From Hyperthermus butylicus DSM 5456 (lineage in GTDB: Archaea; Thermoproteota; Thermoprotei_A; Sulfolobales; Pyrodictiaceae), in contig NC_008818.1 of NCBI RefSeq assembly GCF_000015145.1, positions 810,001 to 842,000 of the forward strand: a stretch of DNA of 32,000 nucleotides. The letters are read 5' to 3'. Positions 19,289 through 27,810 of this stretch are shown piece after piece; the stretch's first letter is position 1, and each line of letters starts with the position of its first letter. Below the pieces are notes generated by a model. The model saw nothing but the letters and a program-made list of their open reading frames with translations. It was not told the origin of the DNA and did no database searches. The translations under genes and the position numbers were made by a program.

Positions 19289-20734
19289 CTAGGACTTTAC
19301 CTCCTTCAGCTTCTCCTCTACAAGTCTTCGGGCTAGTGCTGGGTCTGCCCTGCCCCGAGTCTTCCTCATAACCATGCCTACCAGGAAGTTTATCGCCTTC
19401 GGGTTTTTCAGCGCATCCCTCACGGCCTTGGGGTACTCCTTGAACACCTCCTCCACTACGCTACGCAGCACCTCCACATCCGCTATCCTACGGAACCCTA
19501 GCTTCTCAACCAGCTTCTCGGGGTCAGCACCCTGCTTAGCTATATGCTCAGCCATTTCCTTAGCTTGTCTAATGCTGATAACACCGCGGTCAAGGAGCTG
19601 CATGAGCTTTGCAAGGTGCTCAGGCTTGACCTTGGTGTAGAGTCCCCGTAGGTCCTCATCTTTTAGCCAGTTCAGCAGGTCATTTACAAGGTAGTTGGCC
19701 ATGCGCTCATAATTACCCCTATACAGCCTGGCAGCGTCCTCAAAGAAGTCTGCAAGAACCTTACGCGAGACGAGTATCTTTGCAAGCTCCATCCGCACCC
19801 CATACTGGGATGCTATCCTCTTAGCCCTTGCATCTGGTAGCTCGGGCAGACTGTTGCGCAGCTCCTCCACTAGCTTCGCACTTATCCTTACTGGCGGCAG
19901 GTTGGGGTCAGGCATGTATCTGTAGTCCTCCTCCGTCTCCTTAACACGAGCTGGCAACGTCACCTTGCGCACCGGGTCCCAGTGGCGGGTCTCACGCTTC
20001 ACATTCCGGCCCTTCATTAGGAGGTCGCGTTGCCTTGTAATCTCGTAGTAGAGGGCCTTCTTCACCTCGCTGAAACCACCAATATTCTTTACCTCGACCC
20101 TTTCTCCACCTTCAATGCTTACGTTAGCGTCCACGCGGATTGAGCCTTCTAGCCTGCAGTCACAAATGCCGAGATGCTCTACTATGCTGTGGAGTTTTTC
20201 GAGAAAGGCTACAGCCTCCTCGGGGGACTCCATATCTGGCTCGGTTACTATTTCGAGAAGTGCTACGCCGCTCCTATTGTAGTCCACTAGCGCATAGGGG
20301 CTTGCTAGTGGGCTACCGCCGGGGTAGACAATCCTGCCAGGATCTTCCTCCAGGTTTATCCTCCGTATCCTAATCTTCTTGGGCCCCTTGCCCGTCTCTA
20401 TCTCGATATAGCCGCCCCTGCATATGGGCTCGAGGTACTGTGTTATCTGGTAGTTTTTGGGAAGGTCGGGGTAGAAGTAGTGCTTCCTGTCGAACCGGAG
20501 AATGTTGGCTACCTCGCCGTTTATTGCTAGGCAGAGTTGTATCGCCTTCTTGACCGCCTCCTCGTTGACTACTGGGAGAGCGCCGGGGAGACCGAGGCAG
20601 ACAGGACAGACATGGGTGTTTGGCGGGGCGCCACGGTAGTCAGCGCTACAGCTACAGAATAACTTGGTCTTGAGACTTGTTATTTGTACGTGGACTTCAA
20701 GCCCTATAACCGCCTTGACACCGCTTACAGCCAT
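19289..20734 (-). CDS. gatB: Aspartyl/glutamyl-tRNA amidotransferase subunit B
   Basis: VIGLEVHVQITSLKTKLFCSC, NTHVCPVCLGLPGALPVVN, RKHYFYPDLPKNYQITQY, VDYNRSGVALLEIVTEPDM. Confidence 0.97.
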   Translation of the reverse strand: MAVSGVKAVIGLEVHVQITSLKTKLFCSCSADYRGAPPNTHVCPVCLGLPGALPVVNEEAVKKAIQLCLAINGEVANILRFDRKHYFYPDLPKNYQITQYLEPICRGGYIEIETGKGPKKIRIRRINLEEDPGRIVYPGGSPLASPYALVDYNRSGVALLEIVTEPDMESPEEAVAFLEKLHSIVEHLGICDCRLEGSIRVDANVSIEGGERVEVKNIGGFSEVKKALYYEITRQRDLLMKGRNVKRETRHWDPVRKVTLPARVKETEEDYRYMPDPNLPPVRISAKLVEELRNSLPELPDARAKRIASQYGVRMELAKILVSRKVLADFFEDAARLYRGNYERMANYLVNDLLNWLKDEDLRGLYTKVKPEHLAKLMQLLDRGVISIRQAKEMAEHIAKQGADPEKLVEKLGFRRIADVEVLRSVVEEVFKEYPKAVRDALKNPKAINFLVGMVMRKTRGRADPALARRLVEEKLKEVKS

Positions 20735-20867
20735 ACCCTGTCTGGCACCGTGAAGGGTTCTAGATCTGCTGCAGGTTAAACCAGTTATCGTGACTGCAGA
20801 GGCTGCTGTGGAGTAATAATAGATATCACCCCCACCCAGCCAGAACAGTCACTCCCTATAGTGGGGT

Positions 20868-20966
20868 AGCCGGGTCGTCTAGCGGCCAAGGATGCGGGGC
20901 TTTGGGCCGGCCGGCTGGCCGGGAGGAACCCCCGTGACCGGGGTTCGAATCCCCGCCCGGCTACCA
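20868..20966 (+). tRNA. tRNA-Gln (anticodon TTG, 20902-20904), exons 20868-20905 and 20929-20966, encoded CCA
   Basis: Acceptor AGCCGGG/CCCGGCT; D stem; anticodon stem CGGGG/CCCCG; T arm CGGGG TTCGAAT CCCCG; CCA at 20964-20966; 23-nt insert 3' of position 37. Confidence 0.93.
20906..20928 (+). other. 23-nt canonical (37/38) archaeal tRNA intron
   Basis: GCCGGCCGGCTGGCCGGGAGGAA; forms two 3-nt bulges (GG^G and AA^C) flanking a 4-bp CUUU/GAGG helix, inner helix CCGGCC/GGCCGG with GGCT loop. Confidence 0.88.
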
Positions 20967-21716
20967 CTACAACCCGGCTCTCTTCCCCCAATCCCTGCGA
21001 ATAGCCTCCGCTAGGCCATCCATCGTATACTTTTCTGCTACTATGGTCCTGGCCCTGGCTAGCTTGGACTCCTTCAGTGCTGCCAGGGTAGTTGGCCCTA
21101 TTACTGCTGCAGTAAACTTGTAGGAGCCGTTGTAGTGCCTGGCCAGTGTCTGGACTATGCTCGGGCTGGTGAAGACCACGTAGTCGAACTCATCTGCTAT
21201 GCTTGCAGCTATTCTTGCAAGCCTCTCTACGGGTTTCGCGGTGTAGAGGTGTACTATGCGGACTTCGACACCCATGCTCTGCAACAACATGAAGTCGTTA
21301 TGCTCTGCCGCCGCAGATCTGGGTATTAGTACGCAGCGCGGATTTCTCCGACGGAGCTCCTCCGCCACTGCTTTTCCACGGTACTCGCCTGGCACTAGGT
21401 CAACCCTTAGCCCTGCCTCTGAGAGCACATTCGCAGTGCGGGGTCCGACAACTGCTACGTGTAGTCTACCTTGCTCCTGTAGCCTTCGTATCTCAGGTAG
21501 CAGCTTTGCGAGAAACCTTGGCGCCCTAGGACTCGTAAATACTATCCAGTCACAGCCCCCGAGCAGCCTAGCAACCTCTTCCACAGCCCCGCTCCTCGCT
21601 ACGACTTCTACAATGGGTATGTGTGCCACATACCCTATCTCGGCTAGTGGGCCCGGCTGGGAATCGGGAGGACGAAGCAGTAGTATCGTCGGCTTACCCG
21701 CTAACTTAGCCGCCAA
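20967..21716 (-). CDS. hemD: Uroporphyrinogen-III synthase
   Basis: WIVFTSPRAPRFL, VAVVGPRTANVL, DYVVFTSPSIVQTLA, AAVIGPTTLAAL; lies in a haem-precursor cluster. Confidence 0.88.
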   Translation of the reverse strand: MAAKLAGKPTILLLRPPDSQPGPLAEIGYVAHIPIVEVVARSGAVEEVARLLGGCDWIVFTSPRAPRFLAKLLPEIRRLQEQGRLHVAVVGPRTANVLSEAGLRVDLVPGEYRGKAVAEELRRRNPRCVLIPRSAAAEHNDFMLLQSMGVEVRIVHLYTAKPVERLARIAASIADEFDYVVFTSPSIVQTLARHYNGSYKFTAAVIGPTTLAALKESKLARARTIVAEKYTMDGLAEAIRRDWGKRAGL

Positions 21717-22447
21717 AGCTTCTCCCTCAGCTCAACCACTCTACCAATAACAATGACAGCCGGGGGCGCGATGCCCGCCTCGCGTGCCTTCACGGCTATG
21801 TTCTTTAGGGTGCCGATTACCACGCGCTGGCCCGGAGTTGTAGCATTCTCAACAATCGCGACTGGAGTCTCGGGATCTATGCCAGCCTCTAGGAGCTGGC
21901 TGGTTATCACTTCAAGTCTCCCTACACCCATGAGTATGACCAGTGTGTCCACGGCGGATGCTATGGCTGCATAGTCTATGCGTTGTTTCTTGCCCTCAGC
22001 TTCTCGCCCGGTTACAACTGCAAAGCTTGACGCTACATACCTGCTTGTAACGGGTATACCCGCATAGGCTGGGCCTGCTATGGCACTGGTAATCCCTGGC
22101 ACAACCGCACAGTCTACGCCACGCTCCCGTAGGTACATGCACTCCTCCTCGCCGCGACCAAAGACGTAAGGGTCCCCGCCGTGTAGCCTCACGACCGTGA
22201 GACCCTGACATGCCAGCTCGTAGAGCAGCTTGTTTATCTCCTCCTGCGTCATAGCATGCATGCCTGGCCTCTTACCAGCATATATCAGCTTCGCACCTGG
22301 CTTGGCTTCCTCTAGCAGCTCTCTCGGAATAAGCCTGTCATAGACTATGACGTCTGCTTCCCGGATCAGCTTTAGCCCCTTGACGGTTATCAGCTCAGGG
22401 TCTCCAGGACCTGCACCAACGATGTAGACTCTACCACTGCATTGCAT
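21701..22447 (-). CDS. cobA: Uroporphyrinogen-III C-methyltransferase (SUMT)
   Basis: VYIVGAGPGDPELITVKGLKLI, VVRLHGGDPYVFGRGEEE, VVPGITSAIAGPAYAGIPVTSR. Confidence 0.96.
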   Translation of the reverse strand: MQCSGRVYIVGAGPGDPELITVKGLKLIREADVIVYDRLIPRELLEEAKPGAKLIYAGKRPGMHAMTQEEINKLLYELACQGLTVVRLHGGDPYVFGRGEEECMYLRERGVDCAVVPGITSAIAGPAYAGIPVTSRYVASSFAVVTGREAEGKKQRIDYAAIASAVDTLVILMGVGRLEVITSQLLEAGIDPETPVAIVENATTPGQRVVIGTLKNIAVKAREAGIAPPAVIVIGRVVELREKLWRLS

Positions 22448-23358
22448 TACAGGCTTATCCCCTCCCTTGCTGCTAGCCTCCTCAGCTCGAATGCTGCCTC
22501 TAGGCCTACCTGTGTAGGCTTATCCGGATCACCCTCGACCCTTACTTCAACCCTTCGGCTGCCATCGGGAGATGCTAATGCTGCATGGAAGTAGAGGGTG
22601 TTGCCACGCAGCTCAGCGTAGGCTCCGAGTGGGGTGTGGCAGCCACCGCCAGCATAGGCTAGGAATGCTCTCTCAGCCCTAGCCTCGGCCATAGCCTTCT
22701 GGTCTGAGGCCTTCTCGAGGATCGGGAGTATGTCGCTGCGACTGGACAGAGTATAGACCCCTATTATGCCCTGGCCAGGCGCTGGGGGCAGGATGTCTGG
22801 AGGTATACGCCAATACTCTATGTCTACACCTAGCCTCTTTAGCCCGGCCTCGGCAAGCACTATGGCGTCATACTGTCCTTGCTCTAGCTTTCGAAGCCTG
22901 GTATCCACATTACCCCTTAAAACCTTGAAGACTAGGTCGCGGCGGACATGTTTGAGCATTGCAACCCTACGGGCGCTCGATGTTCCAACGATAGCGCCGC
23001 TGGGCAGATCCCATATCGTCTTCTCCTTCCCGCCTCTCACAACGAGCACGTCGTAGGGTGGATCCCTCGGCGGCGTCATGGCTAGTACTAGACCGGGCGA
23101 AATAGCGCTAGGTACATCCTTTAGACTGTGAACTGCTATGTCAGCACGTCCCTCCAGTACTGCAAGGTTTACCTCTTTCTCGAAGAGGCCCTTGCCGCCT
23201 ATAGCTGTAAATGGTTTGTCCTGGTGTATATCACCTCTAGTCTTGACTATCACTAGTTCATACTCTAGGCTTGGCTCGACACGTTTTATTGCCTCCAGAG
23301 CTATCATTGTCTGTGCTATGCTGAGCTTACTACCCCGCGTAGCTACGCGGAGCTTCAT
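22447..23358 (-). CDS. hemC: Porphobilinogen deaminase (hydroxymethylbilane synthase)
   Basis: LRVATRGSKLSIAQT, GLFEKEVNLAVLEGRADIAVHSLKDVP, GTSSARRVA, LRGNVDTRLRKL, GGGCHTPLGA. Confidence 0.97.
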   Translation of the reverse strand: MKLRVATRGSKLSIAQTMIALEAIKRVEPSLEYELVIVKTRGDIHQDKPFTAIGGKGLFEKEVNLAVLEGRADIAVHSLKDVPSAISPGLVLAMTPPRDPPYDVLVVRGGKEKTIWDLPSGAIVGTSSARRVAMLKHVRRDLVFKVLRGNVDTRLRKLEQGQYDAIVLAEAGLKRLGVDIEYWRIPPDILPPAPGQGIIGVYTLSSRSDILPILEKASDQKAMAEARAERAFLAYAGGGCHTPLGAYAELRGNTLYFHAALASPDGSRRVEVRVEGDPDKPTQVGLEAAFELRRLAAREGISL

Positions 23359-23360
23359 GG

Positions 23361-24656
23361 TTATCTAAGCCTCTTAAAGGCCTTCCTAAGCTTCTCGATA
23401 GTCTCGGAGACTACGTCGCTCGTGTGGGCTGCACTCGTGAATATTGCCTCCATCTGGCTTGGCGCTATGAATACGCCTAGTTTTAGCAGCTCTTCGTGTA
23501 GCTTCAGGTAGAGCTTCTTATCGCTCTTTGCTGCGTCCTCGGGGCTCCAAACCTCACCCTTTACGAAGAATATCTGCAGCATGCTCTCCACATGGTTTAC
23601 AGCAGCGTCTATACCATAGCTTAATACGAGCGATTCTAGCTCTTCTGCTAGCGCTCTGCCCGCCTCAGAAGCTACCCGGTATGGTGTGCCCTCCTCGAGA
23701 ACTTCAATAGTAGCCAGCCCTGCAGCCATTGTTACTGGATGCGCGTTAAATGTTCCAGCATTGAAGACTTTGCCGCTAGGTGTCAGATGCTCCATTATCT
23801 TCCTGTCAGCCACAACTACGCCGATTGGGAAGCCGCCACCTACTATCTTGCCCAGCGTGGTTATGTCTGCCTTTACTCTATAGTATTCCTGGGCGCCGCC
23901 CAAGGCTAAGCGGAACCCAGTGATAACCTCGTCCATTATTAGCAGTGCTCCATGCTCGCTTGCTATGCGGCGTAGCTCCTGGAGGAACCCCTTCTTTGGC
24001 GGTATGACTCCTGCATTACCTGCAACTGGTTCGACTATTATTGCTGCCACCTCGTCACCATGCTTTGACATTATCTTCTCTACGCTTTCAATGTCATTGT
24101 ATTTTGCTACGAGTGTTAGCTTGGCAACTTCCTCGGGTATACCCTTGCTTGTCGGTACTCCATACTCTGCTGCTGCACTACCAGCTCCCACCAACACAGC
24201 ATCATGGGCGCCATGGTAGCATCCATTAAACTTTACAATGTACTTCCTGCCAGTGACACCTCTTGCGAGCCTTATCGCAGTCATTGTTGCTTCTGTGCCC
24301 GTGTTTACAAAGCGAACCATTCCACCGGGATGGTAATACTTGAGTATCTTTTCTGCAAGTCTTATCTCCAGCTCGTAGGGAGCGCCGTAGAGCCAGCCCT
24401 TCTCCAGCTGCCTCCTAACAGCCTCCTCCACACGGGGATGTTTATGACCGAGGATTAGGGGGCCATAGGCCAGCACGTAGTCTATAAGTTTCTCGCCATC
24501 AACAGTGTAGATGTATGGGCCCTCAGCCCGCTCAACATAAAATGGGTAGGGCTTAACCGCTGCACGAACAGGGCTGTTGACGCCACCAGGAAATAGTGTG
24601 AGTGCCTTCTCGTAGAGAGAGCGGCTCACCTCGCCAGGCAAAGCGGGAGCCCTCAA
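23361..24656 (-). CDS. hemL: Glutamate-1-semialdehyde 2,1-aminomutase
   Basis: LFPGGVNSPVRA, FVNTGTEATMTAIRLARGVTGR, IVKFNGCYHGAHD, LIMDEVITGFR, TTLGKIVGGGFPIG. Confidence 0.97.
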   Translation of the reverse strand: MRAPALPGEVSRSLYEKALTLFPGGVNSPVRAAVKPYPFYVERAEGPYIYTVDGEKLIDYVLAYGPLILGHKHPRVEEAVRRQLEKGWLYGAPYELEIRLAEKILKYYHPGGMVRFVNTGTEATMTAIRLARGVTGRKYIVKFNGCYHGAHDAVLVGAGSAAAEYGVPTSKGIPEEVAKLTLVAKYNDIESVEKIMSKHGDEVAAIIVEPVAGNAGVIPPKKGFLQELRRIASEHGALLIMDEVITGFRLALGGAQEYYRVKADITTLGKIVGGGFPIGVVVADRKIMEHLTPSGKVFNAGTFNAHPVTMAAGLATIEVLEEGTPYRVASEAGRALAEELESLVLSYGIDAAVNHVESMLQIFFVKGEVWSPEDAAKSDKKLYLKLHEELLKLGVFIAPSQMEAIFTSAAHTSDVVSETIEKLRKAFKRLR

Positions 24657-24744
24657 ACATTCAGGAGCCGCTTAGGTCCCTTATACTGTGAACGCCGAAT
24701 ATCCACGAGGACAGTCACTGCTAATAGGTTGTTGGAGGCCCCAA

Positions 24745-24859
24745 CGGCTAGTCTCGGGTGAGGAGTGGGTCACGGGTCTGAGCCCCACGGACGAGTAGGG
24801 GCTAGCCCCCCTCCAACCCAGACACGGCCGTGGGGCTGTGAGGCTGGGGGGCATAGCCG
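24745..24859. ncRNA. Candidate structured RNA / structured leader between hemL and the C2H2 gene
   Basis: CGGCTA (24745-24750) with TAGCCG (24854-24859) enclosing a perfect 10-bp AGCCCCACGG/CCGTGGGGCT pair (24781-24790 / 24828-24837), which encloses GGGGCTAGCCCC. Confidence 0.3.
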
Positions 24860-24937
24860 ATGACGAGCGGTGCATCAAAAACACTGTAGTATGGAGAATT
24901 ATAGCTATAGATACTGGTCTTGAAGCAGCTAGCTGCG

Positions 24938-25099
24938 TTACTCCTCCTTCTTCTTCTTGGCTCCTCCTCCGCCACCCTTACCCTTCGGCTCTATGAACTC
25001 TCTGAAGTACCAGCCGTGAACCCTCTTTATGTGCTCTAGCAGCGCCTTCCTACGGAACATGCCTCGACCACAGACGGGGCATGGCCTAGCACTTACCAT
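24938..25099 (-). CDS. Small C2H2 zinc-finger protein, 53 aa, absent from the supplied ORF track
   Basis: Hand translation: MVSARPCPVCGRGMFRRKALLEHIKRVHGWYFREFIEPKGKGGGGGAKKKKEE*; Cx2C...Hx4H. Confidence 0.8.
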   Translation of the reverse strand: MVSARPCPVCGRGMFRRKALLEHIKRVHGWYFREFIEPKGKGGGGGAKKKKEE

Positions 25100-25165
25100 G
25101 CCTTCGTCACCCTGGGTTGTGGTGGTGTACAGCTGCAGAGGCTAATACTTCTCCCCTAATTGGGG

Positions 25166-26620
25166 CTAGCTACTGCTACCGGTGGCTTTGAGGAGTGCTT
25201 TCCGGGTTTTCTCGAGCGTTGTTGGGGGTACCGCAACTATGAATGGTGCTGCGTATCGGGGTTTTGCCGCCTCCACTATGACTTTCTCGCTGCCGCCTGC
25301 GTGGAGGTATCCTTCGGCTATGAGTCTTGCCCTGGCTGCTGCTTCGCGGGGGCTATATATTGCGGGATAGTATGCTGCTACTGCTATGTCCCACGCCATG
25401 TCCTCTATGCGTGTGCTCCGCCTGGCTTGTTCAAGGTCCACAATGTATAGGCCGCGGGGTGAGTCTATGAAGTTGCTTGGATTTGTATCCCAGAGCACTA
25501 TTCCCTCCTGGTGTACTGCTGCCAGGAGCCCTCCTAGCTCGCGGTAGACTGGGGGTAGTGGGCTGCGCTGTAGAGCTGCAGCTAGATCTGTGCCCTCGAC
25601 GTAGCTGTAGGCCGCTATCCTCCTCCGGGGATCAACTAGTATTGGTTCGGGCACATTGAACCCCTTCTCGGCTAGCAGCCTGTTAAAATAGTACTCATTG
25701 TTTAGCCTGGATAACGGGTTTAGCCGGGGCTTTGGAAGTGGAAGCGAGGTTATCGCTGCTACTATCCACTTGACCGCCGTTACATCCCGGTACCTCTTAA
25801 TCACCGCTGTACGAAATCCCGCCACCTCGACCAGCTCGACACTCCTTATAGCAGCAACGCGTTGCTTCATAACACTCTTAGCCATGTCGAGGAGTCTCTT
25901 TACGCCGGTTAGCGCGTAGAGCTGCTCTTCGAAGTCTAGGAGCCTCGTAGCTAGCTTAGCAGAGTCAAGGCGGACGAGTAGCAGCGGGTCTACGAGTAGC
26001 GGGTGTGGACGTACCGAAAACCCCTCCATGAGGAGTGCTGGGTCTATGAGGCTTATGAGCGATGTCGAGGATAAGCTCTGGGCGAGCGCTGAGAACCTCA
26101 CGCTGCGGCTCTTCCCCTCTTCCCGGTCTCCGATGACATCTGCTATGCGGATAAATCGGGGCCACTTGGCTAGCCTTCTCAACCACTCGTAATACTTGGA
26201 GCTTCGCAGCGCTGTGTTGAGCGGAGAACGTAGCCATAGGTAGAGGTGCTGGAGCCTTGAAAGCCTGGCAATCGCCGGATATATGTCAGCCATGTACGCT
26301 CTTTCAACGTTTACCTGCAGGAGCTTCTGAAGCCTCCTAGCCTCCTCAAACCGGAGCCTCTCCAGATACCTTCCCGCAAGAAGCTTGTACTCCTCCCAGT
26401 TCCGGGTCTCAACTGGCTTTAGCAGGAGGAGGCTAGCCAGTGTCTCCCCGAGGGTTGAGGATTCTATGTCTGAGACAAAGAGGTCCTCGTCTACCGTTAG
26501 TACTACCTTGTCCCCGCTACGTATAGCACAAGTTTCTCCGCCTAGGCGTAGCTCAAGTACATAGCTCGGGGAGAGCTCGTAGACAGCTAGGAGTCTCGAA
26601 TCACTGCTGCACAGCGGCAT
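25166..26620 (-). CDS. Protein kinase-like (Bud32/RIO/APH-fold-like) domain protein with ~280 aa uncharacterised N-terminal region
   Basis: C-terminal half: PEPILVDPRRRIAAYSYVEGTDL, LLAAVHQEGIVLWDTNPSNFI, GLYIVDLEQARRSTRIEDMAWDIAVAAY, resembling catalytic loop and metal-binding loop of small atypical kinases. Confidence 0.65.
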   Translation of the reverse strand: MPLCSSDSRLLAVYELSPSYVLELRLGGETCAIRSGDKVVLTVDEDLFVSDIESSTLGETLASLLLLKPVETRNWEEYKLLAGRYLERLRFEEARRLQKLLQVNVERAYMADIYPAIARLSRLQHLYLWLRSPLNTALRSSKYYEWLRRLAKWPRFIRIADVIGDREEGKSRSVRFSALAQSLSSTSLISLIDPALLMEGFSVRPHPLLVDPLLLVRLDSAKLATRLLDFEEQLYALTGVKRLLDMAKSVMKQRVAAIRSVELVEVAGFRTAVIKRYRDVTAVKWIVAAITSLPLPKPRLNPLSRLNNEYYFNRLLAEKGFNVPEPILVDPRRRIAAYSYVEGTDLAAALQRSPLPPVYRELGGLLAAVHQEGIVLWDTNPSNFIDSPRGLYIVDLEQARRSTRIEDMAWDIAVAAYYPAIYSPREAAARARLIAEGYLHAGGSEKVIVEAAKPRYAAPFIVAVPPTTLEKTRKALLKATGSSS

Positions 26621-26722
26621 GGCCCGCTAGCTCCTCCCCGCAACGCCAGCCACACATTCCCTCTCCGGACAGCTAGCCGCGAGGACGTATAGCCCTGCTT
26701 TGGACTATATAGCGTAGCCTGG

Positions 26723-27808
26723 GTGCTCCGGGGTTTGCCCCGGGTCTGTATGTACTATGACGAGGTCTTCAGACTTCATGAGCCTCCGTATGGTTCACAC
26801 CCAGAGAGCCCGGAAAGGCTAGCAATAGCGCTGGAATCGCTGGCCAAGACGGGGCTCTATACGCTGGTGCATATACAGCCAGCGCCTAGGCGTGGCCTGG
26901 AGCGGGATAGGATACTTGAAGTACACGATCCAGCCTATGTCGAGAAGGTTGAGGAGCTTGCTGGACGTGGCGGCGGCTACATAGACCCAGACACCTACGT
27001 TGGGAAGTACACCATACTCGCAGCCCATGCATACACAGCCTCAGTGCTCGATGCCGTTGACAAGCTAGTTGAGGGAGACTGCAACATAGCTATAGTACTC
27101 GGACGTCCACCGGGACACCACGCCGGCCGTCGCGGCGTCGCAATGGGGGCTCCAACGCTGGGCTTCTGTATATTCAACATCTCGGCACTAGCAGCAAAAC
27201 ACGCTGCCAACCGCGGCGAGAACGTGCTAGTTGTAGACTTCGACCTGCACCACGGCAATGGGACCCAAGACATACTCTACAGTGATGAAAGGATTGTACA
27301 CCTAGACTTACACCAGGATCCTTCAACAATATATCCTGGCACGGGCTGGCCATGGGAGAACGGGTCTGGGAGGGCTAGGGGTACAAAGCTAAATGTTATA
27401 GTGCCTGTTGACGCTGGAGACGATGTCTATATGATGCTGTTCCAGAGGGGCTTAGAGCTTGCACAAGCAGTACAGGGAAGTCCGAGCCTAGTCATTGTTG
27501 ATGCCGGGTTTGACGCCTATGCAGGTGATGGGTTTGGCATGTTGTACCTCACAACGAACACGTACTACGAGCTGGGCACTACGCTGAGAAGAATGAGGAC
27601 ACGGATACTCGTCGTGCTTGAGGGTGGCTATAGTATTGGGCTGAGGAGGGCCCTACCAGCATTCATCGCGGGCCTGCTTGGCGAGGCCAACCCGTATCCA
27701 GAGAAGAGGAGCGAGAGCCGCGACGCGGTGTGGAGGACTGCACTGGAGAACTTTGAGCGACTTGAAAAAGCAATAGCAGAGGCAAAGAGAAATGCTGGCA
27801 GGTTCTAG
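26723..27808 (+). CDS. Histone deacetylase / acetylpolyamine amidohydrolase family protein
   Basis: GSHPESPERL, LGRPPGHHAGRR, GFCIFNISALAAKHA, VLVVDFDLHHGNGTQDILY, IVDAGFDAYAGDG. Confidence 0.94.
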   Translation: MLRGLPRVCMYYDEVFRLHEPPYGSHPESPERLAIALESLAKTGLYTLVHIQPAPRRGLERDRILEVHDPAYVEKVEELAGRGGGYIDPDTYVGKYTILAAHAYTASVLDAVDKLVEGDCNIAIVLGRPPGHHAGRRGVAMGAPTLGFCIFNISALAAKHAANRGENVLVVDFDLHHGNGTQDILYSDERIVHLDLHQDPSTIYPGTGWPWENGSGRARGTKLNVIVPVDAGDDVYMMLFQRGLELAQAVQGSPSLVIVDAGFDAYAGDGFGMLYLTTNTYYELGTTLRRMRTRILVVLEGGYSIGLRRALPAFIAGLLGEANPYPEKRSESRDAVWRTALENFERLEKAIAEAKRNAGRF

Positions 27809-27810
27809 CT

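Noticed and set aside
19374-19640. Plus-strand ORFs inside gatB, and similar ones inside hemC, hemL and EF-2 (for example 22766-23056, 28505-28780)
   Set aside because: Antisense shadow ORFs; the minus-strand proteins are strongly conserved.
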